DNA of 64,000 nt. Source: Elsinoe ampelina. Lineage: Eukaryota. A program made the translations under genes and the position numbers. The notes beneath the pieces are model-generated. The model saw only the letters and a list, made by a program, of their open reading frames with translations. It had not been told where the DNA came from and did not search any database. The first letter of the stretch is position 1; each line of letters opens with the position of its first letter. Location: the NCBI GenBank assembly GCA_010093995.1, contig ML992515.1:115533-179532 (forward strand), written 5' to 3'. Shown here in pieces: positions 35,997-49,904 of the stretch.

Positions 35997-36488
35997 TCTC
36001 CTGAAGCGTCGAAGCAGCAAGGTGATCACGCGGCACGATTGAACGCAGCCAAGAGTCATTCATGGATTACTCCCAGTAGTGGATTTGACACAAGGCATAC
36101 AGCTCGGACTCTGATGGCTGCGCAGCTGATATGCTCAGATGATCAGGCGAGATGCTACACCTAGTATTCTTCACTACTCATAGTGCTGCGCGGAGTCGCT
36201 GCGGGGCTTAGCATGTAGTAGATCACATCCCAACCAAGCATGAGCTAGGGGGAATGAAGACGCCAAAGCCTGCCTTTCTTGATCACGGCCTGACATGCCA
36301 CAAGACAACATGTTGTGGTCTGCATGTGCACAAGCACTGACATGCAGATCATAAATATGTGTCATTGATACAGTGAAAGCATCTACACCGCCCAACCATC
36401 TATATGCCCCTGTCGCTATGTAAATCCCATTCCCTCCCCTCTCCCCCGCCCCAAATCCAGAGTCCCTCTCCCCTTCCCCCGCCATTTC

Positions 36489-39400
36489 TCAAATCCTCAT
36501 CCCCTCCAAAATAACCTTGTACTCCTTCCTCTTCTTCCGCCTCGAAGGCCTCAACTTGAGTTTCACCACCCCCACTCCCTTCGCCACCCTCGGCAACAAA
36601 ACCCTCTCCCCGGCCCACTGCACCACGAACCCCCCGACCGCCAACGCCAGCACAAACCCCCTGAACCCACCTGACATCCACGTCAACTCCATGATGCTCA
36701 CCAACCACTCTGCCGGATCGAAAAGCATGTAGCTCGATATCGCGAGGGCGACGGCCATTGTGATGACGAAAGGGAGGTTTTGTCCCATGGATTGCCGGAA
36801 GGGTTTGCCGACGGAGAGGACGATGGCGGAGAGGATGTATTGGTACGAAGAGGTGAGGAAGAGGGCCGTGTTCTGCGAGTTTTGCGAGTTGGAGTGCTCT
36901 TTGTCGAGGATGGGGGGGAGGTACCTGTTGCGATTAGGGGTGGCTGGGGAAATAGAGGGAGGGGGGAAGTAAGGAGGGGGACAAGAAGAGGGACAGGAGA
37001 TAGAGGGGGATGAGGATAGGGAGGGGGGAGACGTACCATCGTTGCTGCTGCACCGCCCACCACGCGACTGCTTGGATGAAGATGCAGATCACGATCTGGC
37101 CGAGCAGAGGCGTGAGGACTTTCCTGCTCACGAGGCTGGCGGTGGGGCGTTTCTTGCTGAGGTGAGGGTAGGGGCCGCTCCAGCCCATGAAAATGGCGAT
37201 GGGGAGGATGAGGAACAGGTCGATGTAGAGGAATTGGAAATCCCCAAGGTTACTGGCGGAAGCGTACAGGAAGCTGACGCTTGTGAACTGGATTGCGCTG
37301 TACAGACTCATGTACTTGAAGCAACTGAAGCTGGTCACGAGGGCGGCGCGACCTTCGCGGATGACGGAGGGCACGCAGCTGATGTCGAAGATGCGGGACG
37401 TGAAGGGGGCGGCGACACTGGCCTCGGCTTCAGAGAGGGAGATGCCGACGTCGGCTGCTTTGAGGGCGCCGCAGTCGTTGGCGCCGTCGCCGCAGAAGCC
37501 GGCGGTGTAGTCGATGGATTGGAGCTTCTCGACGAGCTCGTGTTTCTCGTCGGGTGACATACGGGCGTAAACTTGGCCGACGACGAGCATTTGTCGGAGC
37601 ACTTTCGGAGATGCGTAGTCGATAATCCAACGGAACACGTCGCCCGAGACTGCGACGGAGTAGTTGCGGAGGTTTGAGATGTCGTAGGGTAAGGAGGAAT
37701 CGTGCTCGGCTGGCGGTGGGAGGGGCTGTAGCGTGTTCTCGTCCAGTTGATACATGGGATTGTCCACGCTCTCCCAGGCAAGTTTGGAAAGAGGGTTGCG
37801 TCGATCACCTTCGACAAAGTGAGGAATGAAACAGTGCGCCGTCTTTTCTATCAGTCCGCACTCTCGAGCGACACTGACAGCCGTGAGGATGTTGTCGCCC
37901 GTGCACATGACGGTACGGATGTTGGCATCTCTGAGCTCGTGGATGATACCAGATGTTGTGGGCTTGAGTTTGTTCTCAAAGACAATGAATCCGACAAAGT
38001 CCAGGTCTGCTTCAGCTTCCTCTCGCTTCATCTTCTGCATCTTCAGCCAGTTGAGCTTCGGAATGTGCTTAGTGGCACAGGCGATGACGCGGTACCCTCG
38101 GTGCGTGTAAAAGCCAAGAAGCTCATCGTAATCTTGCGGAAAGCTTTCTGGGCGGCAGATATCTTTCATACATTCCGGTGCACCTTTCACGTAGATATCT
38201 CCGTTGCGTTCTCCAAATTGTCTGACAATCACGCTTGCTCGTCGCAGTTGAGAGACAAACTCGAAAGACTTCAGCACGCCCAGCTCAATGGCCTTGCGCG
38301 GACCACGAGCTTCTGGGTCGTCATCAATGTCAAATTCCATGCCAGCAGGTGGACGTGCCACGGACGGCGAGATAGAGTTCTGTTCATCCTCTTCTGCGCC
38401 AGGTGGCAGCTCAGAACCTTCCTCATATTGCCAGCCAGTGAACTCAAACATCTTGAGATCGAGTGGATCACCAATAAATTCGTCATCGACAATACGGAGC
38501 GAGTGACAGGTAGCCATAGTATACATGATGGCCTTGTTCGCGGCGAAGTCGATGGTTGGGTCTCTGTCGAATCGAGCTCCTGGAAGCAGGGAAGAAGTGT
38601 CTGTGAGAATCTCGCTGAACCGATTCGCTGGTCGCTGAACCACTCGTACACCGAGTACATCCAGTCCATCCTCGGTCAACGTCCCAGTCTTATCAAAGCA
38701 CATGACATCGAGCTTGCCACCAACATTGACCCTTTGCGGACTGATGCAGAAGATCGACTTTTGCTTCAGCCTGCTAAGGGCAAAGTTTGTACCAATGGTG
38801 AGTGTCGCGGGAAGCGCTGGAGGCACAACGATGGTGATGAGATCGAGCGCTCGCACTACGATCAGATGCCACTCCAATCCCAGGCGGACGAAGTTGACGA
38901 AGGATGCAATGAAGCCAATAGCTGCAATGCCAGCCATGACTGAAATGTATCGAAAAGAGTCGCGGTAGAACTTGAATCCAGACGGCTTAGGGAAGAGCAT
39001 AGACCGGACCAAAGCACCCTTCGTTGTGTTGAAACCGGTCCTAATGACAAGAGCCAAAGCTGCGGCTTCTTCACTCTTATCGTCCTGAGGTCTCCTAGCC
39101 CGAATGATCTTGGTCCCTCCGAAAAGCAAGTGTCGTGCAACTTCAGGGTGTATTGATGATGCTCCAAGATCCAGCAGCTCGAGGCTGTCGTCCGAGGCTG
39201 GAGTCTTGGAGACTGGTACCGATTCACCAGTGAGCATACTTTCGTTGACAATGCAGTCTCCGGAGAGCAACAGACTATCACACGGGAATTGACCAAGATT
39301 GGGATCAGTGACTTCGTAGACATCCCCGGGAACCAGATCCCCAGACTCGACGTATCTCCAGAAACCTCCACGCAGGACTCTGATGTCGCACTCGAAGCGT

Positions 39401-40686
39401 GAGATCTCTCTCAACCTCTTCATGGTCGATTTTGTCTCAATCAAGGTGCTGGTGATACTGATGATCGAGATGAGGAAGATACAAGCGGCGTAGTAGTAGT
39501 ATTCGTCGACCGACCACAGGACTAACGATGCAACTTGGAAGATATAGAATGGGTGCAGAGCTTCGTCGACGAGAAGATGCCCAATGCTCTTCTCTTCGAT
39601 GTCGATCAGGTTTTTGCCGAAGATACGCTCTCGCTGCTCATGCTCATCTGCATCAATGCCACCCCTAACACCTTGCACAGTGCTCCAGGTGGGGTCTTTC
39701 CAGGTGTTGCCGAGAACGAACTTATCCTTTGATGGGTGAAAAGCGAAACGAATGTATCTGTAATCCAAGATGCGCAGCTCGTCCAAAATTGGGTCATCGT
39801 ATTCGTCGTATTCCCGCAACTTCTGCCTGCTCGATGCGCCAAAGACGGCAGACAGAGCCAGCTGTGTTGGTTCCACACGAAGATTGTGGATCGCCATCTC
39901 GTTCCACTGGTTCTCGACCACTACCCAGTCACACTTGCATAGTGGGGTCGGAGATCCAGTGAGCTTCACTCGCCATCGAGGCAGCCACCGGAAGAGTAGG
40001 TATCCGAGTCCTGCAGTACATATACAGAGTGACAGGTAGAGTGCATAGCCAATCATCGAAGTCTTGAACCCAGCAATGACGATCGTCATGTCCTCGGTAG
40101 CAAGGTAGACCTTCTGGCTGACCCTGCTACCGAAGTCCCAACCACTCCGTTGCGACTCGCTCGAAGTCTTGCGCTGCAGCAGTGGAGCATCCACAGATGA
40201 CCTCGAGCCATGGGTTCGTCTTGATCTCTCCGAAGATTTCCTAGCTCTGAGAGAAGGTCTTATCGAAGATCTCCGCCCTGACTCCAGCTCGTCCTCGTCG
40301 TCTGCGTGCGCATATCCATTGGCGCCAAAGTGCTCGTTCCCGTCTAGCTCTTCGAGATCGCCCTCCTCATCGATGACTGCCTCGTCAGGAGTCCAGTCAG
40401 CTGAGTCTTCATCTTCGTCACCGTCTCTTTCTTCCTCATAGTAGGCGAAGCTGGTTGTTGAGTCTGCACGCTGTCGTCTGTGACCGAAAGAACTCGTTGC
40501 AGTCGGCACACTTTCAGCGGTAGGTCCTGAGAAGATCTCGTCCTCTGCCATTTCTACATCGGTAAAGAAGCTGGCATCTGAAGGATTGCTCCCGCGCCTG
40601 TAGAAGTGCCGTCGTCTATCGGAGGTTGCACCGTATGCAAACGACGAGCGATGGCTGCTCGCCTCTGCATCGCCTGTGTCGTCCAT
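36489..40686 (-). CDS. YPK9: P5B-type ATPase (Ypk9/ATP13A2-like)
   Basis: NESMLTGES, IVVPPALP (P5B signature), DKTGTLT, KGAPE, MCTGDN and CGDGANDCGAL. There is one intron near 36925-37036. Confidence 0.93.
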
Positions 40687-41575
40687 GGTGCCCGCTTAAA
40701 GGGCGCACTGAAGCGCCGGTCAATCGGAGTTCGTGTCAGACTGAACGTGCCTCATCAAAAAGACTTGGTTGGAATGAGGTCTTGGGTGAGCGGCATGACG
40801 ATGTTTGATAGCGTCGGACAGAGCCGCACGGGCTCCAGCTGCGACATGTCACAAGCCCAACAGCAATTGTAAGTCGACCAGGTTGTTGATTTGTACAGTA
40901 TAGGGTTTCGCTTGTCGATACTGGTTTGACGCATGGCTAATCAATCATTGATCCACTAATGCAGAGAGCGCTGGCAGGTTTCATTGTGAAGGCGGACGAA
41001 CCACAGATCACGTGCTTAGTTGCTATCAGGGTGCCGTCGGACCACGGGCTATTTGTGCGTCATTAATGTCCGCTTCATAGACGCTCATGCTCGGGTAAGT
41101 CGATGAGGTCGCCGATGATGGCGATGATAAGTACCAACGATCAAATCCTCCTTCGTCGCCACCACCGAGCTTACCCATGGAACATCATACACTCGACGAT
41201 GTTCAACTTTGTCCACCTATACGCTATTCAGTAGTCAGAGCCTCCGGGCGTACATGGCTAGTCACATCGGCCGTGACCTTGTGTATACGGCGCATAGGGA
41301 AAGACGCGTGAAGAATCCGCTCGTAACGCTTTGTTTTGTCCTTTGAGATCTCGCATTGTAACATTCATGCTTATCGACCGGGAAATGCAAAACCCTGCAT
41401 GCCCGTGCAGGCTAAAGAGCCACCTTGTCTCTGAACGCCCTCTTCGTCCTCGACGAGTCCAGCAATCCGCAGAGCTTTTGGGTCATGGTCTGCAAAATCA
41501 TTGTACCATTCGTCCTACCACCGTCACTCCATCTCTCTACATCCTCAAACACCAGCCTCCTTCTCCGAATTGTAT

Positions 41576-42219
41576 CTATATCGATGATGGGTAAAGCATG
41601 ACGCGGACGGTAGCACCGAAGGATCGTGGTGGGAGGTTGTTGCGGAATTGTGCGCGGACGACACCAGAGTTGCCTGTATCCGTCAGCAGAGTCCGTAGTC
41701 AATTATAGTGGGTTGTCGTGCCGTGAGGCCTGGTGACCTTGCCCCAGATCACCCTGATCTTGGTGCCTCTGACCTCCTTTGATGCCCGGTAGACGAATGC
41801 CACCTTCTTTCCGAGGTAGAACCTGGTCAACGATATCAGTCCGGTTCCTAGGCTGTCCATGATCCATTTCTCTTACTGTGCGGCCTTGGAGTCGTCGACG
41901 CCCTCAATCTTGATCAAGCTCGTGTTCGGGTTGGTGTTGCGCTTGCCTCGCTGGTAGCTGAGGTGCTTGCCCCTTTGATAGATGTTAGAACTCTGGTACG
42001 ACGTTTCGCTTGGACTCGATGATATTGTCGATAGTAGATGTCGTTTGGTGCTTTGCATTCGGTCGCTGGGGCGTGTCGAAGGTACTCACTTCACGTATAC
42101 TACAATACATGTCAGTATTTGTTCAGTATGCATTTGTGTGCGCCGCTGCAGTCTTGCTGCGGCCGGTCCGAGGCATTCTTCTGGGATAACTCACATCTGT
42201 GGCTTTGATCAGAAGACAT
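41576..42219 (-). CDS. RPL33: 60S ribosomal protein eL33 (L35Ae; 5 exons)
   Basis: Spliced product [38 protein letters not shown]...|[13 protein letters not shown]...[43 protein letters not shown]. Confidence 0.95.
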
Positions 42220-42351
42220 TGTGAGGTGGATGCCGGTGTTGTGTGTGGTGTCGATTGTCGCAAATGTCTTGTCGCTGCGTCGTCAAAATTGGTGCAAGCC
42301 AAATTCGCGAGTTGTGCGGATGCCAAGAGGTCCTGCTAGACCCGCACGCAC

Positions 42352-42369
42352 AACCCTAACCAACCCTTA
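42352..42369. promoter_or_regulatory. Tandem AACCCTAA/AACCCTTA (Tbf1-like, TTAGGG-type) elements upstream of RPL33
   Basis: Two telobox-like copies 10 bp apart, about 135-150 bp upstream of the ribosomal protein ATG. Confidence 0.5.
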
Positions 42370-43033
42370 GTCAGCTGATCAAGCAGTTGGGAAAGTGCTA
42401 CAGAGGCACTCTTTTCTCGTTTCTCAATCTCGATGCACACAATTGTATATTCCAAACTATCACACTCGAGCTACTCATGAATCCGTAGAGCTACACGTAC
42501 CACCTCAAAAATTGCCACCGTGAAAGAATGTGTTAGTGAGCACAGATACTAACGACTGGGGAGGCGGAAAAAATGCCCTGGATGAATAGAAGCCGACGTG
42601 GCGGGGTGACCGCCATCGCTTTGAGAGCTTTGGAGTGGTGCCAGAGAGTTGGGGAAGAGCATTTCCGCCGGATCCCTCGTCTATCTGTATGAATAAGCAG
42701 GGACTGTGATTAATACCGTCTGATCAGTAACATGGCGCGGAGCAATTGTTAGTCCATCTGAAAATTACACCACTGCCCTGTCCCTTGTCTTGCATTTCCG
42801 CGAGCTCTCCGACAACGCGTTGAAATTGTTGTGAGCGTGTGACGTCGAGTCCATTTTGTAAGAGTCCGTCCCTCTTCCTCCGGCGGGCGGAGCTAACGAC
42901 TGCAAAGAGCGGACTTCCGATATCCTCAATCTCAACCAACCCTGTGCACCTGAGAAACTTCTTTTCTCATTCAAATCCACGTCAGACAGTTCCGGAGCTC
43001 TCTTCGACCACCCGTAGACGTTCAACGACCACA

Positions 43034-44940
43034 ATGGCGGACACTGTCATCCACCCCGACGTCCCTGCTAACGCTGGGTATGGCTTCCATCAATGGTGGG
43101 GTGGGGCCGCAAAAGTTGACTGACCGATCAATACAGGACAATCGAGCTCAAGAATGACACGGTTATTGTCGTACTTGGTGCGTCTGGTGATCTGGCTAAG
43201 AAGAAGACCGTGAGTAGGCTTGACGGCTTCACAATGGTGTTTCTGACTGACAACCTCACAGTTTCCGGCGCTCTTCGGCTTGGTAAGCGGGCAATGGAGG
43301 CGATATCACCTCGTCCAAGGCTAATGACCTCTTAAGTACCGCAATCAATTCCTCCCTCGCGATGTCAAGATCGTCGGATATGCGCGCACGAAGATGGACC
43401 ACACCGAATATCTCAAACGGGTCAAGTCATACATCAAGACCCCAACAAAGGAGACTGAAGAGCAGCTCGAGCGATTCTGTGGCATGTGCACATACGTGTC
43501 GGGACAATATGACAAGGATGAAAGCTTTCAGGAGCTTGACAAGCACCTTGCCGAGCTCGAGAAGGGCCAAGAGAAGACCAATCGTGTCTTCTACATGGCC
43601 CTACCACCCAGCGTCTTTATCCCTGTATCGGAGCACCTGAAGCGCTGCTGCTACCCAAAGAACGGCATTTCCCGTATCATTGTACGAACTGCAGTTTGAT
43701 CGCAGAGGAATGATCCAGCTGACATGCTATTCAGATCGAGAAGCCATTCGGAAAGGACCTTGGTAGTTCAAGAGAGCTCCAACGCGCGCTTGGGCCCAAC
43801 TGGAAGGAAGAGGAGATCTTCCGTATTGACCATTACCTAGGGAAGGAGATGGTCAAGAACATTCTTATTCTTCGGTTCGGTAACGAGTTCTTCGGCGCAA
43901 CCTGGAATCGCAACCACATCGACAACGTGCAGATCACCTTCAAGGAGCCATTCGGTACTGAGGGACGTGGTGGCTACTTTGACGAGTTCGGCATCATTCG
44001 TGATGTCATGCAGAATCGTAAGTCGTCCCCCTTCATGACACTAATCACAAGACTGACAATGACCAGATTTGCTTCAGGTCATGACTCTCATCGCCATGGA
44101 ACGCCCCATCTCGTTCTCCGCCGAGGACATTCGTGACGAGAAAGTGCGTGTGCTCCGTGGTATGCCCGCACTCGAGCCAAAGAACGTGATCATTGGACAA
44201 TACGAAAAGTCACTGGACGGCAGCAAACCAGGTTACAAGGACGATGATACTGTACCAAAGGACTCGAGATGTCCGACATTCGCCTCCATGGTCGCATTCA
44301 TCAAGAACGAACGGTGGGACGGTGTACCATTCATTCTCAAGGCCGGCAAGGGTAAGCTACACAGCGAATGCCTCGGAAGATCTCATTACTGACACTCAAC
44401 AGCGCTCAACGAGCAAAAGACCGAAATCCGCATCCAATTCAAGGACGTCACGTCAGGTATCTTCAAGGACATCCCCCGCAACGAGCTGGTTATCCGCGTG
44501 CAGCCCAACGAGTCGGTCTACATTAAGATGAACTCCAAGCTCCCAGGTCTCAGCATGCAGACGGTTGTCACAGAGCTCGATCTTACCTACAGACGTCGAT
44601 TCTCTGACCTTAAGATTCCCGAGGCATACGAGTCGCTGATCCTGGATGCCCTCAAGGGTGATCACTCCAACTTTGTGCGTGACGACGAGCTCGACGCAAG
44701 TTGGAGAATCTTCACGCCGCTTTTGCACTACCTCGATGACAACAAGGAGATTATCCCAATGGGATACCCATATGGTATGCACAACTTGATGATGGCTCGG
44801 ATGTTCGTTACTGACTATTGTCCACAGGCTCTCGCGGTCCTGCAGTGCTCGACGACTTCACATCATCCTACGGCTACAAGTTCAGCGATGCAGCCGGCTA
44901 CCAATGGACAGGAGCTGGTAACGACCAAAACAAGCTATAG
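43034..44940 (+). CDS. ZWF1: Glucose-6-phosphate 1-dehydrogenase (multi-exon)
   Basis: [62 protein letters not shown] and [12 protein letters not shown]. Confidence 0.98.
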
Positions 44941-45280
44941 ACAAAAGGCGTTGCGCGGCTATGATTCCTGGCGAGCGACTTCGATAGATGACCATAGTGC
45001 AATAATGATGCATAACCCAACAGAAATGATGCAGAAATGTGGTCGTGCCTAACGTCAAGCTCAGCCTTGTACTGTAACATGTGTGATACTTAGTGTAGGT
45101 AGGGCCGAAGCTTGAACTTCACCCCTTGCTCCTCCACCCAACCCTATTCCACGCCCCTGATTGCGACTCGCGCTCAACGGCCGCAAACCCTCCCTGCGAC
45201 AGCGACATGTAAAATCTTGTTCCCGGACGATCCTCGATGCCGTCCTCACAACTACTCAACCCAGTCACTCGTTCTCCAAC

Positions 45281-47220
45281 ATGGCGGTAGCAGGCGCGCA
45301 ATGGACCGGCACACCCTCGATAAAGGGCTCTACCGAGTCGATACGAATGGCGTTGCTCACATTCAGTCTCGTCGGACTGCAGTACGTATGCGCCCTGCCC
45401 TTGATAACCTCCATACTCACCAATCGCAGATTCACTTGGGGCATGGAAATGACCTACTGCACGCCGTACCTCCTCCAGCTCGGCCTGACCAAGTCTAAAC
45501 TCTCGCTCGTCTGGATCGCTGGACCGCTTTCTGGGTTGATAATGCAGCCGATTGTCGGGATCATGGCGGACAAGAGCAAGAACAAACACGGGCGACGGAG
45601 ACCGGTCATGTTCGTTGGGTCGTTGCTGGTCGGGGTGTGTTTGCTCGTGTTGGGCTGGACGGATGAGATTGTGGGGGGTTTTGTGAAGGAGAAGGAATTG
45701 GTGAGGGGTATATGCAGGATGGAGGGAACGAAAGCTGACGAAGGCGATAGAGGAGGGAGCTCACGATTGTGTTGGCTGTGTTTTCGATCTATGCGCTTGA
45801 TTTCGCCATCAATGCTGTGCAGTCTTCTTGTAGGAGTCTGATTGTGGATACGCTTCCGGTGCCGAAGCAGCAGTTAGGTTCTGCTTGGGGTGAGTCTGCG
45901 TTTTCGTTTCCATTTTCCTGTCGGTTTCTGAACCTTTATTAGCAAGCAGGATGACCGCTGTTGGACATCTCATTGGGTATGCGATTGGAGCTACGGATTT
46001 GAGCCTCATCTTTGGTGGGCTGATTGGGGATACCCAGTTCAAGCAGCTTACAGTGATTGCGGCGGTGGCGTTGATACTCGCTGTATGCGTTACTAGCTGG
46101 GCTGTCACAGAAAGAGTGCTCATCAGTGACGGGTAAGCTATCATGTTCCCATCATCTCCAACGCACCACTAACATTCCCAGTTTTGAGGACCAAAAAGGC
46201 AACCCCATCCTCAACACCATGTCCACCATCCTTCACACCACCCGCAACCTTCCCCCTCGCATCCAAGCCATCTGCAACATCCAATTCTGGACCTGGATCG
46301 GCTGGTTCCCCTTCCTCTTCTACTCCTCGACCTGGGTAGGCGAGACCTACCTCCGCTACGACGCCCCGGCCTCGGTACGAAACGCCCCCGACTCCCTCTC
46401 CACCATCGGCCGCATCGGCTCAACAACCCTCATCCTCTTCTCCATCGTCACCTTCATCTGCTCCCTCTCCCTCCCCTGGCTCGTCCAGTCCCCCGACACC
46501 CCATCCTCCAAAACCTTCACCCCCCGCCCTCCCGAACGACTCAAACCCCTCCTCACCCTCCTCCCAAAATCCAAACCCACCCTCCTCACCACCTGGTCCG
46601 CCTCCCACCTCCTGTTCTCCCTCATCATGATCTTCCCCCCCTTCATCACCTCTTTGCGTTCAGCCTCCCTCATCGTCGCGCTCTCCGGCCTCCCCTGGTC
46701 CCTCGCCTCCTGGGCCCCCTTCACCTTCATGGGCCAAGAAATCAACCGACTCCCCTCGTCCCCCCTCCCGAAACACGCCCGCTCAACCTCGACCCTCTCC
46801 GAAGCCATCCCCCTCGAACCAGCCTCCTACAACCGCGTGCCCACCTCCCTCGACCTCGACGCGAACCACTCCCCTGACGCCACGGTGCTGCACATCAGAC
46901 AGGACAGCCTGACTTCCACCTCGGGCCTGCCTCCTCCATCATCATCATCTGACCGGGCCCAAGGCCAAACAGGCGAGCTGGCGGGTATCTACCTGGGTAT
47001 CCTGAACCTGTACACCACGTTGCCGCAGTTCGTCGCCACGGGGATCAGCGCGGTTGTGTTTCTCGTTTTCGAGCCGGGGAGGGCGGGGGGAGACGGGGAG
47101 GTGGTGAAGGGGGTCAAGATGGAGGGGATGAGTGGGATCGCGGTGTGTTTGTTTGTTGGGGCGGTGAGTAGTGTTGTTGCTTGGGTGGCGACGAGGAGGT
47201 TTGCTGGGATGGGGGAGTGA
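45281..47220 (+). CDS. Sucrose/alpha-glucoside:H+ symporter, SUT1/SLC45-like (multi-exon)
   Basis: GLQ|FTWGMEMTYCTPYLLQLG, VWIAGPLSGLIMQPIVG, GRRRP, IQFWTWIGWFPFLFYSSTWVGE and GIYLGILNLYTTLPQF. Confidence 0.88.
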
Positions 47221-47533
47221 GGTTTTTCGTTGGACGTGCGGAGGTGGGTAGAGGTATGGAGGGGAGGAGGGGCAGGGAGGAAGGGTATAGGCGAGGGCAT
47301 GGAATGGTGTTCAAGGGCATGGATGGGATGAGCATTGCATGGTGTACGAGGCATGAATGGAGGAACCAGGCTCCGAGATTCCAGGGCAGGTTAAGGTTCA
47401 AGTTCACAGGCGTGGGGATGGGTAGAAGGGGAGGATAATCACTCTTATACCACCTGTATGCATCGTATCCATCAACTTTTGTCATCTATCAATACCCGAC
47501 CGTGTCCATCCAATGCGAAGAGGCATACGCTCG

Positions 47534-49271
47534 CTAATCCAAAAACGTAAAGAGGTTAGTATGCACTACGTTCAACGCCCTATTGGCTTCCTTCTCATCA
47601 ATGACACAGGAAATGTTGATCTCGCTGGCACCTGGGTCACGTCAGCCGTCTTCTACCCCATCTCAACCTCCCCCGGAGAAAATGCAATGTGAACTCACCC
47701 TGACTGATCATCTCAACATTCACCCCCTCCTCGCCCAGCACCCCGAGGAACCGCCCACTGATGCCCACCATACTCCTCAACTCCCTCCCCACCAGACTCA
47801 CAATCGCCATGCCCGGCACGAGATCCACCTCGCCCCACTTGCCCAAATCCTCCACCGCGCCCTTGAGCGCCTCGCTCTCGATCTTCATCTCCTCGCTGTC
47901 CGGCTCCGCCTGGCTGAGCAGGGCAATCTCAGAGTGCAGCGCCATGGACACGTGAACTTCGCTCGACGAGATCAGGTCGACGGATAACTTGTGCCTGTCC
48001 AGCGTGGAGAAGATGCTCATCAGGAAGCCGTGGGCGCGGGTGCGTTTCTTGCTGTGCACGTTGAGGACGGTGATGCCGCGCTTGATGGTCACGGCGGTGG
48101 GGCGTTTGGGTTTGACGGGGAGGCCGTCGGGGGAGCGGATGGTGGCGCCTGTCGCGGAGGAGACGTGGTAGCGGGAGTGGGTGCGGTAGAGACCGGGCTT
48201 TTTGTAGGCGAGGTCGTCGCTGCGGTCGGGGAGGATGACGGTGCCGGTGCCGCGTGGGTTCATGACGTTTTTGATGCGGATGGGGATGGAGGCTCGGATT
48301 ACTTGGTCCATGGTGAAGGGGTGGATGACTTCGGAGCCGTAGAAGGTGAGTTCTGCGGCTTCGGAGGGGGTGACGCTGGGGAGGAGGCGGGCGGTGGGGA
48401 CTTTACGGGGGTCCGCGGTGAAGATGCCGTCGACTTCTTTCCAGATTTGCAGCTCGAGGGCGGAAAGCCCGACGGCGACGAGGGCGGCGCAGAGGTCGGT
48501 GTAGCCTCGACCGATCTGGTTGAGGAGGCCGCCGGGGACGTTGCCGAAGTAGCCTGTGATGACAGGAACGGCGGCGCCGCAGGTGTGGACTGCTTGAGCG
48601 AGGTGCTTGGAGAGGGTCAGGTAGAAGTCCTCGTCCAGGGCCTTGCCGGTGTCAAAGGTGATGATGTCGCTGAGATCGACATAGGCGGCATCCACACCGC
48701 GAGACTGCAGGACAGCAGTCATGTACTGGCAGGAGAGCTTCTCGCCCTTTGCAATGATTTTGTCCTCGGTACGGGTCGAGACCTCGCCCAAATGCTGAGC
48801 AGACTCCAGGATCTTGACCAGCCCATCGCATTCTTCAGTGACACCTGCATTGTAGCGCTCGAGAATAGCGGCATCCTTGATCGTGTCCTTTCCGGCATTC
48901 AGGTGATCCTCCCTGATCACATTGACAATGTCAACATACTTGGTGGAGGTCGGCTTTTCGGCCTCGCGGGCAGCACGGAGGAGGCTATTGTCAATGTCAG
49001 TCCTGCTCATCCATCTTTTGAGATGCCCAGCCTACCGATTGGTGGTTCCCTCGCTCTTGGTATAGGTGCTGCGAGCAGAGCACACGACTGCGATGCGGTG
49101 CTCTTTCAATCCCGGCAGGACAATGTCTTCAGCAATGTTGACCGGGAACTTGCCCAGAGAGGTGCCGCCGTATTTCTGGACGACCCAATTGGCGTTTCCT
49201 GGCAATTCCTTCTCTTGCGTGTGCGGTATCCGCTCGCCGAGGCCGTTTGCTGTGACGGTGACTGGGGACAT
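47534..49271 (-). CDS. HOM3: Aspartokinase (3 exons)
   Basis: WVVQKYGGTSLGKF, VVCSARS, GRGYTDL, WKEVDGIFTADPRKVP and ELTFYGSEVIHPFTM. ACT domains follow, ending GASEINISCVI...LFTFLD*. Confidence 0.96.
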
Positions 49272-49904
49272 TGTGATGGTGGGGCTTTGATCAGACTGTG
49301 TCGATGACGGGGGCTATGTTGGTTTGTGAGGGGGTCAATTGGACCTGTGAGGACTGTGTTTGAGCAAGTTGACAAGATTGGGCACTGAGGGATTGATTTT
49401 GTGTTTGTGACTAAGAGTTGTCGTGCATGAAGCCGAGCGAGCACCGTTCCATTTCCTATCCAGTCATTCTTTTTTTCCTCGAATGGGGCCCGGCACCCGT
49501 CAATCTGATCCACTGGCTGGATGGACAAGTGCCGCTCTTCTTTCCCAATTGCTCTGACGTGGGGGCGATTTCGGAGTCCTCAGCGACCAAAAAGGGGAGG
49601 CCTGCCCCACGCAAAAAGACTTTCACGTTCGTCCCCTCCATCCCTTGTCGAGTGCAGCGTAGTGATATCAGATACTCGATTGAAAGTAAGCTATTTGATC
49701 TTTCGCGATCTTCTCAACGTGTTGCAGTCTGCTGGCTTGAGCCATGTCTACTGCTGTGTGGGTATCTTCAAGAATATCGCTCTCATGTCTTGAAAACCCA
49801 CCAAATATCTCCATCATCAATCAGCGAAGAGCCCAGTCCTGATACGCCGGTCTCACCAGTAGACTCCTCATCGATACGTGATACTCTGTGAGTTCTTTGT
49901 CAAA

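Noticed and set aside
37747..38943. 398-aa antisense ORF within YPK9
   Set aside because: Antisense shadow with no independent coding signal.
41975..42091. Longer RPL33 intron as a possible snoRNA host
   Set aside because: No convincing C/D box pair or H/ACA structure seen.
47991..49307. 438-aa antisense ORF over aspartokinase
   Set aside because: Mirror frame of a strongly codon-biased gene.
49408..49414. TGACTAA as a Gcn4/CpcA site for aspartokinase
   Set aside because: A single imperfect match; too weak to call.
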